From Octopus vulgaris (taxonomy: Eukaryota), in contig OX597831.1 in assembly GCA_951406725.2 (NCBI GenBank), positions 56,730,001 through 56,794,000 of the forward strand: a DNA stretch of 64,000 nucleotides, written 5' to 3'. The notes beneath the pieces were generated by a model. It searched no databases. It was not told the DNA's origin and was given only the letters and a program-made list of their open reading frames with translations. Each line of letters starts with the position of its first letter. The first letter of the stretch is position 1. Position numbers and translations under genes: made by a program. Of the stretch, positions 25,601-37,600 are shown piece by piece.

Positions 25601-28600
25601 GTGGGATTGAACTCAAAACCTTGTAACTGAAGCAAACTTCTTAACCATTTCCCCATACTGCTTCTTGGTCTGTGGTTAAGAAGTATGCTCTTAACCATAT
25701 ACTCTTGGGTTTAGTTCCACTGTGTGGCACCTTGAATAAGTGTCTTCTACTATGGCCCTTGGCTGACCAAAGCCTTATGAGTGAATTTGGTAGATGGAAA
25801 CTGAAAGAAGCCCGTTATATATGTATATATGTGTGTGTGTTATGTTCATATTTGTCGAAACACCACATGATTGTTGTAAATGTGCACCACTGTCATACAA
25901 GTGAGGTTGTTCATTTCCAGTCCTCCATGAAATACCTGCTTAGCTGTGTGTAAAATATTACTTTGCTTGGAAACAAGTGAGTGTTGGCAACTGGAAGGGC
26001 ATCTGGCTTAATTCTATCTGATCTGTGCAAGCATGGAAAAGTGGGAATTAAAGGATGATGATGATGAATAGAATAGAACACATCTAATATCCTGCCTACT
26101 TCTTCCCTCTTTCCAAACAACATCCATATCCACACAAAATTAAATAACTTGCTGATTACCTCAGCAGGGCCCAAACACTGTGTCAAATTATCGATCATTT
26201 AATAAACCTCAAACATAGCTGAGTCTCATATTGTCCAGTATTTTAACTGTGCTTAAATAAATAATGTCTAGTTCAGCACAATGACTATTAATCTGTAATA
26301 CTTTAGTATTGCCTTTACTTTTGTGACTACAGAATAATGTTTCTGTATTTCATTTCTGTTACAGCTTTTAACAGACTTAGATGACTGGGCTGTTATGTCT
26401 GATGAAGATGACAGGGATGAAGATGATGCTCGTGAAGACAGCGACAATGGTAAGTTGTCTTTTTGATGATCTTTTTTTGAGTGTTGCCTGGAAAGTTCCC
26501 TCGAATTTAAATAGAAATATACGTTGTTGCTAATCTTACATATTAAAACTGAAAATGTCTCTGTGTGTGTGTGTGTATCGGTATGTCTTAGTTTTGCACC
26601 AAAACTGCTGGACCAATTTTTCTTAAACTTCACACGCACATTGCTTATGTGTCTAGGAAGGTTTTAAGTATAAATTGATTTCGAAAATATGTTCGGGTAA
26701 ACGGAAGGAGGAATAACATTTGGGTGTGAATGAACGGTGGGAGTAATTATTGTTAAGCCTCGAAGGGAAATAACCCATTCATTTTCAGTATGCTTATTTC
26801 TTAGTATCTGAACTATTTTAGTTATTTTTTCAATTTAACCAATACAACACTTAGACAAGTAAATAGTTTTCTCCTAAACAATAGATCCACTTATTTCGGT
26901 TAGTGACTTATACCAACACTAGCGCTGCTGAGGAATGCACAAAAGCTTTTTTTTCACAGTTAATTACTTTGAATTGTTATTATCTCATATCTGATTAGCC
27001 TGTTATTACATAACATGTTTCAGGATTTTAGTATTCATACTTTATTAGTATTTCCTCCTAAAATCTATATACTCTGGGAATGTATTAAAGCCCTTTTTGG
27101 GGCCACTTTATTTGAATTCTTACAACAGGGTAATTAATTTCATGTTATTACATAACTGACTTCACAATTTGGGTAGCCATAACTTATTGGGAATTCCTAA
27201 AAACAACATCCTTTGTAAGACAGTTCAGTATTCTCAATAAATACACGAAAACCGTTTTAAGGGCTACATACTTTTGTATTGTTACTGGATTAGCGAAACA
27301 ATTATGAGAACGTAACTTAACTTGGCTTTGGCAGCTAAAGGGTTAGTGTATTTTAAAGTGTTTCTATCTCATCTTATTTCCGTTGTTTCTTTCTTTACTC
27401 TTTATTTCTTATTTGTCTAATAGCAGAAACAAGTAAAAGATAAAAATTCAGTATTTTCTACAGAAGTAGCAAATTGGTAGAATCATTAGCATTTCTTCTG
27501 GCTCTTTATTTTCAGGGTATATTTGTGTGTGTGTATGTATATATATCTATATATATATAGGAATAAAAATTTATATATAAAGAACGTGAAATACACGAAG
27601 GGATGAACACGGAAAACAGACAAGTCATTCGAAGCCTTCAATCTTCACTCAGAAACCGAATCATCATGGCAAATTTCGGCTGATTAATTCTGATATTTGC
27701 TCCAACTCGGCCAGCCCCAAGGAAAAAACTAAGCTGTGGGCATTAGATTTCTTGGTGGAAGGAAAGAATGTAAACGCAACAGAGACGAATATAAATACAA
27801 GAAACGAAAACAAAATTGAAAACAGTAATGGTTAAAAACAGGATAACAACGGGTGTCTTACGACTTTTAGACAAAATGAGACAAAAACAACTTATCAGCA
27901 GGCATGGAAACAATTACCTTATGTGTGTGTATCTGTTTCTGTGTGTACACCACACACACACCCAAGTATCTTTCTAATAGATTTAAAAAAAAATTTAGTT
28001 CCCATAAATTATTATTTAAATGAAGGCTCTTATCTGTTGTTAATATATTCGAAGTATTGGACATTGTCAGGCTTCTTGCAACAGTCAGAATTATATATAA
28101 TACCTGTACAGTCTGACATTTTGAAGAGGCTCAGTCAGGTTCTGACATCTCTATAAATTGCATAATTTGTTATGATATCATATCTCTATGAATGCCAACT
28201 ATTCTCTTGTAAAGTGAGACTTGCATCTTCATTTTCTTCAAGCCATTAGTTTTATTACTCCTTCTCACCTACCAGGTTCGTTAACCAATACTTCCTTCCT
28301 AGAACTGTAACTCTTTGAAATTTAATTGCCTCTTTTCTCTTCTGCTATCCATAATTCTATCTGTAGATACTGATGTACCTGTATCCAAGCTGAATATCAA
28401 CTACATCAATCTCACTTGTCTCGTATGAACTACAGAGTTCATGGTTACAGATTAACCTCCTCTGACTGTTGCTTAAAAAACAACAGCTGATGTGCTTTTG
28501 AAAAATATGTTAATATTCCTGTATTATGTATTTGATAGAATTTTCCCCTGGTAATCACATGGTTTCAGGTTCTATCCCACTCTAGCACTTGTGCAAGTGT

Positions 28601-31600
28601 TTTCTGCTATAGTCTTGAACAAACCAGTGCCTTGTGAATAAAATTTGGGAGACAGAAACTGTATGGTAGCAGCTCATCATATATCATCATCATCACCTCA
28701 TTTAAAATCCATTTTCCATGCTGGCATGGGTTGGATGGTTTGACAGCAGGTAGCAACTCAGAGAGCTACACCAGGCTCTATTTGTCTGTTTTGGCATGGT
28801 TTCTACAACTGGATGCCTTTCCTAATGCCAACCACCTACATGGCACCAACATGGAAGTTTTTTTACATGGCACTGGCATGGGAGCTCTTTCATGTGGTAT
28901 CAGTGTGCATGCTTTTTACACACAAACACACACACACATATGTATGGGAGTCTTTGCTTTTGCTAATGTTCCTTGTCAATAATATGTCCTGTAGCTTGGC
29001 AGTTTCAATGGTTTTGTATGCAGTCCAGTCAAAAACATCTTACTTGAGAAAATCAAATAAATGTTGGTGACAAGAAGGGCATATGTCTGTAGAATACTGC
29101 CTCAATAAGTTGTTCATCCTCTACCGCAGTGGTTTTCAACCTGGGTCCATATAAGATTTTATTGTTAAAATCCATTTCAGTAAATAGGTTATACTTTTAC
29201 AATACACAAAATATTTTAACTAGTTTTTTAATGCAATTTCTGATTATATTTAATTATAAAAATATAATGAGACTTTTTTAAAGTATTGAATAGCTATGAG
29301 GGGCCACCTAAGTAAAATAAGAATCAAGGAGGTCCATTGATAAAAAATGATTGAGAACATGTGCAGCTTAAAGAAGAAACCGATGGTGATTGTGATGATT
29401 TGCTAGAATTTACTGTTATATAATTTTTTCTTATTTATATGCTTTTTAAAAAAATTTTTATACATATATATTAGATAATAAACCAGATAAACCCCAAAAG
29501 AAAGATGCAAAAAATGTTAAAATTAAAAAGAACTCCAAGAGCAATTCTGATAATGAAGCAATTGAAGAAAGTGATGAAGGTGATTATGATGATCGTGAGG
29601 TGGATTATATGACTGACTCAGCCAGGTAGGTATTTCATGTTTGTCCACGATTAGTTTTTGGTGTTGCTCAGTAATGATGTCTCTTGTGTGACTTGAATTG
29701 TCTGCATTTATATGAATGTAATCATAGGCACATATTTTTTTTTTTTCATTTCACTCTTATTTTCTGGAGTCGTAAGTGGCTAACTTGGTAAAATGTTTAA
29801 TCTATTGGCTATCAAAAGAAGTAAAGTAGTGTTTCTCCTACATTTTGTTAGTCTAATGCTCCTGTCATAATTGGCTTAATTGGCCAACACCTTAGGCTAA
29901 GAAGTACTGGTCTAAAGTTTATCTCCTGTCAATGTCTTTACATTGTGCCCCTAGCAAGCACACTTATGTCTTGACAGATTTGTTTAATTATTGTAACCTT
30001 TGTTATTAAGAACATGGACAAGCTGAAATTATTCTAAAAGATACTTGCCCTGGCACTGGTATGCCTATGTGGTTAAGAAGCTTGCCTCTCAACCTTGTCT
30101 CAAGTTCTGTCCCACAGCATGGCACTCTGGGCAAGTGTTTTCTACTATAACCCTGGGTTGACTAAAGCCTTGTGCATGGATTTGGTTGATGGAAATTGTG
30201 TGTGTGTGTGTGCATGTGTTTTTAACATCATGTGATAGTTGAAAATGAGCATCACTGAGTGATGTATGTTTCCAGTCTTTCATGAAAAATATGTCTAGCT
30301 ATGGGGAAAATGTTATCTTGCTTGGAAACAAGTGAGGGTTGGCAACAGAAAGGGCATCCAGCTGTAGAAAATCTGCCTTTTGACCCATGTAAGTATGGAA
30401 AAGTGGTTGTTTGATGATGGTAATGGTGGTGGTGCACTGGGATTGAACCTGGAAGTATGTAGCTGCGAACAAGCTTCTTAACTATACAATCACATAGCAC
30501 AGATGTAACAAGTTGAGTTGCATATGGCTGAACACACACACACACACACACACACATATACGGCAAGCTTCTTTCAGTTTCCATTTACCAAATCCACTCA
30601 AGGCTTTGATAGTCCTGAAGCTAGAAAACACTTACCCAAGATGCCATGTAGTGGGAGTGAACCCCGAACCATGTGATTGGGAAGCAAACACCTGTGCCTA
30701 ATAATATAGAAATTTTTGAACTATAAGAGAAAATAAAGTGGATGACTTATGATATGGAAAATATGACTGAATTGTATATCTGCTATCCATGTACTGTTAT
30801 TGTTGTTTTTTATTGTGTAAATGAAATTGTATACGAGTTAGTGGAATTTTGCCCTTGCAGTAGTATGTCTGAAATTGAGGACCGTGACAAAGAAGAGAAG
30901 TATGAGGAAAAAGGTGTTGATGAAGAGACTGGTTTAAGAAAACTGATTGATTCTGAGGCCAGCAGTGATGAAGAGGAACAGAAGAATGAGGATGAGGAAA
31001 ATGAAGATATAAAAGATGAAAAGACCAAAAAAGGTAAAATCAAACAAACAAATAAAAACATACATATTTTGAGTTGTTGTTTAACCCCAGGGGCCTGTGA
31101 ATTAAAGGTATACCATTCACAATCTGCCTTCTTTCTTAGGAGTATATCTGAGAAGTATATTATCCAATGTATCTGTTTTTTTTTTAAATGGTAGGATGTG
31201 ATTTGAAGGAGATTTTAACTGCTATGTATAGCAAGCCAATTGACCCTATGAAGGCTCCCTTGTTGGATGTACATGTTATTAGAATTGGTAACATTTAGTC
31301 GACATGTTTGGTACTATTCACTCCCAAAGGCATTTTTCTATTCTGGTTAAAAATTGTTTTAAAAATTACCTTAATGTAAGTAAAAGAAGAATTCAACATG
31401 TGAAACAGTTAATCCAGACATGGTTTTATTCTCTCTCTGTTTTCTTTCCTCATTCCTTTCTGTTGAAGAGCATAGTCTTGAAACATCAAAGACTTTTCCA
31501 TTCTTACTGAGCATCAAATTAATACACCTTGTTTGTTGTTCTCTCACCTGTCTCTGTCTGTTTTTGTATATTTGCACCATATATTAAAAGAAGGTTTGGA

Positions 31601-34600
31601 AGAAACTAATAGACACTTATTGCAAGAAATACAGCTCATAAAAATATAAAGACCCTCTCTTTAACACGGTAACATATTAAGCGAAAGAAATGGTATAGAG
31701 AGGATGCACAAGGGAATGCTGAAAAGTTCCTAGCTTTGAGGGTATCACAAAAGGCCTGATTGGTGGCCCAACTTTCTGAGTTCTTTTATAGGGCTCAGAA
31801 AGACTGAAGGACCACTGCAATAAGTGTGTGAATCTGAGAAGGGAATATGTTGAATAAAATCATAATTAACTGATCCTCCTGTATTTTCTTTTACTCAAGC
31901 CAGAAGCTTTTCAGCACACCATATTATAAATGCTTTACAGTAATGAACCCTCCACAGTCCTTTAACCCCTTAATGGATCAATTATTTTGATATGGCATTT
32001 CATTTCAGAGCATTTTTTTTTATTTCGTTTTTGAATTATATACACTGTGTTAATTACAAAAAAAAATTTTTTGTTTGTTTCCTTTATTTTTTATTATAGA
32101 AATTAAAATGTACTTTTACTCATTTGGATTTAAACAAGTTAACTTGAACATTGAAAAAATACATATAACTTAACTATCTTCGATTTTTTGTAAGATGTAT
32201 TGCTTTTAAATCAAGGGAAAATTTTTTTTTAAATGAGATAGACCGTTTATTTAGAATGATTCTTATCTCATTAAAACCCAAGGTTGGCCCTTTCATTTTG
32301 AAAAGTTAGGGACCATGGCCTTACAATGCTTTGCTCTATATTGTTATACAACAAATTTTTTATTTACTTCTATTTTACTTGTGTTAACTGGGGGAAATAG
32401 TGTTTGTGAATATATGTTCATGCTCTTGGAGCAGTTTTTTTTCTGGTTTTGGTTGGATATCTTTTCTAATACTAACTACTCTTTTATAATGGTTTTCCCC
32501 TCTCCACTCCACAGAAGCTCCTCCATTTATTCCTGCTATTCAATGGTTTAACTTCACAGTCATTAAGTTTTCTTTATCACCATTTTGTTTACTCTCAGCT
32601 TTGGCTAAACAACAATACTAGTTCTTTGAAACTTCCTAAGTACTCTTTGATTTCTCTTCATCAGATAGTGACAGCAGTTCATCTTCATCTGGAAGCGACT
32701 CTGATATGGATGAGAAACGTACTTCTCAACTCCTAAAGGTAAGTAAATACCTTGCATCCTTCTTGGAAACTGAAACAAGATATTCATTACAGTATTGCTC
32801 ATACATATGAGATTGTGTACACTTAGGCATGCAAAAGACAATCATTTGAGTGGTTGGGATGGTAGTGATTCACTCACCAACATGGTGATATCATAAACGT
32901 TTAGTAAGGGAATGCTACCATTGAAAGGAGTTCCAAGTTTAAAATATGTTCAAAAGAATGTCAGAAGGCAAGATTTGTTTTTCACACAAAATAATTTATA
33001 TTATGCATAATTAAATCTCAGAATGAGATTGAAACAGTAATCGCTCGATTATGTAAAGTATAGAAGCCATCTTATCATGGCTAACCACATTGGGGAGGGA
33101 GTGTTACTGTAGCTTTATAGCCCCAAGAGATCTTCGTCTCTAGCTGGCTTTAGACACAATATCTGTGTCCTTGGAGTATTTGCAAAGGGAGGCCATCCCT
33201 TCCTCGCAAGCCTGAGTGATACGCTCGAACTAGTTTCGGGATTGTTGTCCCTCGTCAACGGGCGGTAACCACCAGGTAGCGATGAAAGAGAAGGCTCCTT
33301 TGCAATAAATTTATATTATATCTTTAACAAAAGCCGAACAAAGTGTGTATAAAGATAAATTTCCTGTTGAGTGAATGTTAATTGACATGAAACATTTGTT
33401 GAAGGATTGATGTGTAGTGAGACATGATTTAATTTTGCATAGCTTACTATATATTTTAACTTTGGTTGTTTACATGCAGTAGAATGAATACAAACAGACA
33501 CCAGAAAGGTTGTGCAGTGTTGAATAAGAACACTGTTAAAGAAGCATAACAGAATTATGATAAGGACGCTTGGACCGTCAGGATCAGCAAAATCTCCCAG
33601 CTGGATATAAAAACTGGAATACTATTTCAGCAAATATATTGTGAATGCCACTAGGGCTGTCTAATCTGCCACCCTCCATGTTGGAGAGGAATATAAAAGC
33701 AGTGGCACTTCAAAGTAAATGCTGTTGTTTACTCAACATATGGGCTGCAACTGAATTAGCTTCTTGGCATTTCCCTGCCTCTCGCTCCCCCATAGTTTCT
33801 TGCAACCATTTACCCACCCACACACCTAGTTCCTCTGTCCCCACTCACTTCTACTCACCTCTTACTGAGTGGGACCACATGGACACCTCATCACCACTGT
33901 TTATCTCTTTCCAGCTCCACCTAATGATTCGCACTCTCACTTCTAATTATGAATAACCATGTAGTTTCTCTACAGCAAGAAACCTACTCTTTCCTCTTCT
34001 CTCATACTTTAACCCTTTAGCATTTAAACTAGCCATATCCAGTCAAAATATTCCCCATGTAGGCGCAGGAGTGGCTGTGTGGTAAGTAGTTTGTTTACCA
34101 ACCACATGGTTCCGAGTTCAGTCCCACTGCGTGGCACCTTGGGCAAGTGTCTTCTACTATAGCTTTGGGCCGACCAAAGCCTTGTGAGTGGATTTGGTAG
34201 ATGGAAACTGAAAGAAGCCTGTCGTATATATATATATATGTATGTGTTTGTGTGTCTGTGATGTCCCCCTAGCATTGCTTGACAACCGAGGCTGGTGTGT
34301 TTATGTCCCCGTTACTTAGCGGTTCGGCAAAAGAGACCAATAGAATAAGTACTGGGCTTACAAAAGAATAAGTCCCGGGGTTGAGTTGCTCGATTAAAAG
34401 GCGGTGCTCCAGCATGGCCGCAGTCAAATAACTGAAGCAAGTAAAAGAGTAAAAGAGAGAGGGAGAGTATGTTTTACGTTCAAACTGGCCAGATCTGGCC
34501 TCTCACACCAACCCTACAATATCATTTTAAAAATCAACAATCACCTCATCAAAATCTTGTAGCTACAAGGTAATGCATGATTAATTGAAAACAATGTGTA

Positions 34601-37600
34601 TAAATAAGGATTACTTTTGACAAAATAATGTGAATGCCAAAGGGTTAAGCACTCACATCCCCCTCCCTCGCCCATCTCTTAGTACAAAGCTCCCAACCCT
34701 CTCAGGGTTCCTTATTCTTGTAAGCTGCACTGCAACCTCACTTACGCTGGTAACACATAAAAAGCACCCAGTACTCACTGTTTAGTGTTAGGAAGGGCAT
34801 TCAGCCGTAGAAACAATGACAAAACAAAACACTAGTGCACAATGCAGTCCTTGGACCCATTGGTTCCCATGAAACCATCTAACTCGGCAAGGAACATGGG
34901 CAATAAATAATGATGATGATATTTCAAGCTACATTTTATTATCTTTTGTTTTACTGAGTGAAATGATTTATGTTGCAGATTAAAGAGAGATCCAAAAAAG
35001 TTCTGGATAAGAAAGCGGCTCCTGCTTCAACTGCTTCATCTGCAGCACAACCCGAGGAAAAGAAAGGTAATTAAGCACAAATATATAAATAATAATGATG
35101 AAATTATTGTATACAGTGCTCAGGTGCACCACAACTTGTCAAAAGTGCGTATAAAGCATATGCAGTAATGTACAAATGTCTGGAAAGTGAACAGTGTATG
35201 AGTCAGATACATGCTTGTGTGTGTATGGAGGGGAGAAAATCAGGTGTAGTGTTGGCAAATCTCAGGAAGCATGGAAGTTTTGAAGGATGAAGTGCTCCGA
35301 CAACTAACAACTGATGCCGGCATCTTGTTCCATGCTTCAGCAATTCCTAGCGTGAAAAAATGTTTCCGAAAGTCATGCGAGCTGTGCTGTTTTCTGACTT
35401 TGTAAACATGTCCACGGGTGTTAGACAGGTGGAGTTCGAAAAGGTGCTCATAATAATAGTGTCTCTTTAATCTATGAATAGTCAAGAAGGAAGGCGAAAA
35501 AATAGACATATACAATCCTCTTAAGTATGAAATAGCCTGGTTATAGAAAATGAATAAGGTGAAGATAGTGCCAATAATTGTTGGTTTTTTGGGAACAATA
35601 CCAGAATGCATCAAGAATAATATAAAGGAAATTGGAATAGAGTGCCCAGTAGAACTGCTACAAAAGGTTTGCCTCCTTGGCATGGCCAGAATAATCAGGA
35701 AATTATTAGATAGTTGAAAAGAACAGATAGCATGGTACCATAGGCTGCAGGCAGCAAGCCTGTTATGCATGCAAGACTCCAGGAGTTACAACAAAACCTG
35801 AGATGATGATGATGATGATGATAGTAGTAGTAGTTGTTGTTGTTGTTGTTGTGGAACTGATTTCTTAATAATAATAAGATGCAGTACCAGGCAGTGGCTC
35901 TCATTGCTTCTGATCTGAACTGATTGAAAATGTTATCATGTATATGTTTTGTCTTAGTATGACAGATAGGCTACAGCAAATATTCTGAGATTTGCTTGTC
36001 AGTTGCTTGACCATAACTAGTTGAACATGTCCCTTAATGGCTGATGATATGTGCAGCTCTGGTCATGAGCAGAAGTCGTATGGGAGCATCATAGCCATGT
36101 GTTAAGAGGGATTATTTGGGGTTTGAATAATTCATCTCTGGAAACAGGTGTTAAACACACACCACCTCCATCTAGCATAAAGCTCCCAATCCTCTTAGTC
36201 ATACACTGTTTATCTTGATGTGAGATCACCATGCCACATGGTTGTGATGCATGTGCCTGGTGTACCCCAGTTTCACTTTGATGGCATGCATTGCTCTCTC
36301 AATAATAATAATAATCCTCTCTATTATAGGTATAAAGCCTGAAATTTTGTGGGAGGGGCTTAGTTGATTACATTGACCCCAGTACTGGTATTTTGTCAAC
36401 CCTAAAATGATGAAAGGCAGTTGACTCAGTGGAGTTTGAACTCCGACAATAAAGATAGACAAAATGCTGCTAAATATTTTGCCTGGCATGCTAACAATTC
36501 TGCCAATTCACCACCATTAATAATAATTACTTCTAATTTATATACAAGGCCAGCAGTTTAGTAGAGACATTATTAGTCAATTATATCTGCCCCAGTATTT
36601 GGTTCATAATTTATTTTGTCAGTTGTAGGTTTGGCTTTGTGGTAAGAAGTTTGCTTCCCAACCACATTATCTTCAGTTCAGTCCAACTGTATGACACCTT
36701 GAGCAAGTGTCTTCTACTATATGCCTAGGCCCACCAAATCCTTGTAAGTGGATTTTGCACACAGATACTGAAAGAAGCCTGTTGTGTATATAGATAGGTT
36801 GGGGAACCACATCTCCTTCGGGTTCGAAGATGACCATTAACATCATTTGGTGGAATTGCTGCTATGAGACTGGATGTGGCTGGTGAGGCCAATCCGGGCA
36901 AGCAGCCCCTCCCACAGGTGGGGGCAGAAGTGGTAGGGGCTGTGCTATTGGTGCAGGTGGCTCTGGCTTTCCGCATCTGGCGTTTCTGTTCTGCTGGACT
37001 GAATCCGTCTCTCCTCAGCTGCTCTTTGCTCCTGTGGTGATTGCGCTGCGCCAGGATGAGCGGTTGGCAGCAAGTGTCTCCCAAGTCTCTGTGCCGAATG
37101 GAGAAGTCTTTGAGAGAGACTTTGAGACTGTCCTTGAAGCGCTTCTTCTGCCCCCTCCGACTTTGCGTTTGCCCTGGCTGAGTTCACTGTAAAAGAGCTG
37201 TTTTGGGATGCGAGTGTACGGACATGGCGTGGAGACGTGGCCTGCCCATTCAGCTGGGCCATGTGCATGATAATGATGGTGCTAGGGAGATCTGCCTGTT
37301 TCAGAACTTCCGTGTCTAGGACTTTGTCCTGCCAGCGGATGTGAAGGAGGTTCCGAAGACACCTGAGGTGGAACTGGTTTATCTGGCGCCTCGTGCCTTC
37401 GGTAAGCAGTCCACGTCTCGCAGCCATAGTAGGGTGGCATATAGACAGGTTGGGGAACCACATCTCACTCGTTACCCAAAGATAACTATAGCAAGAAAAT
37501 GCCTGAGCATTGAACAAAAATTCTTTAAAAGTGTCACTCTCAAATTGACAAAGTAATAAACCAGCATTTAGTCCATCAGGAACATGTAACTAATGATACT

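Noticed and set aside
26534-27346. Possible second Helitron (A|TC start, GT microsatellite)
   Set aside because: No clear 3' hairpin and CTRR terminus, so not supportable as a feature.
30742-31194. 150-aa acidic ORF as a standalone gene
   Set aside because: Only 30861-31033 is exonic (GTF2F1 exon 9). The flanks are intron read-through.
34062-34135. tRNA-like sequences with A and B boxes
   Set aside because: They are SINE heads continuing into SINE bodies. No complete cloverleaf with acceptor stem and terminator is evident.
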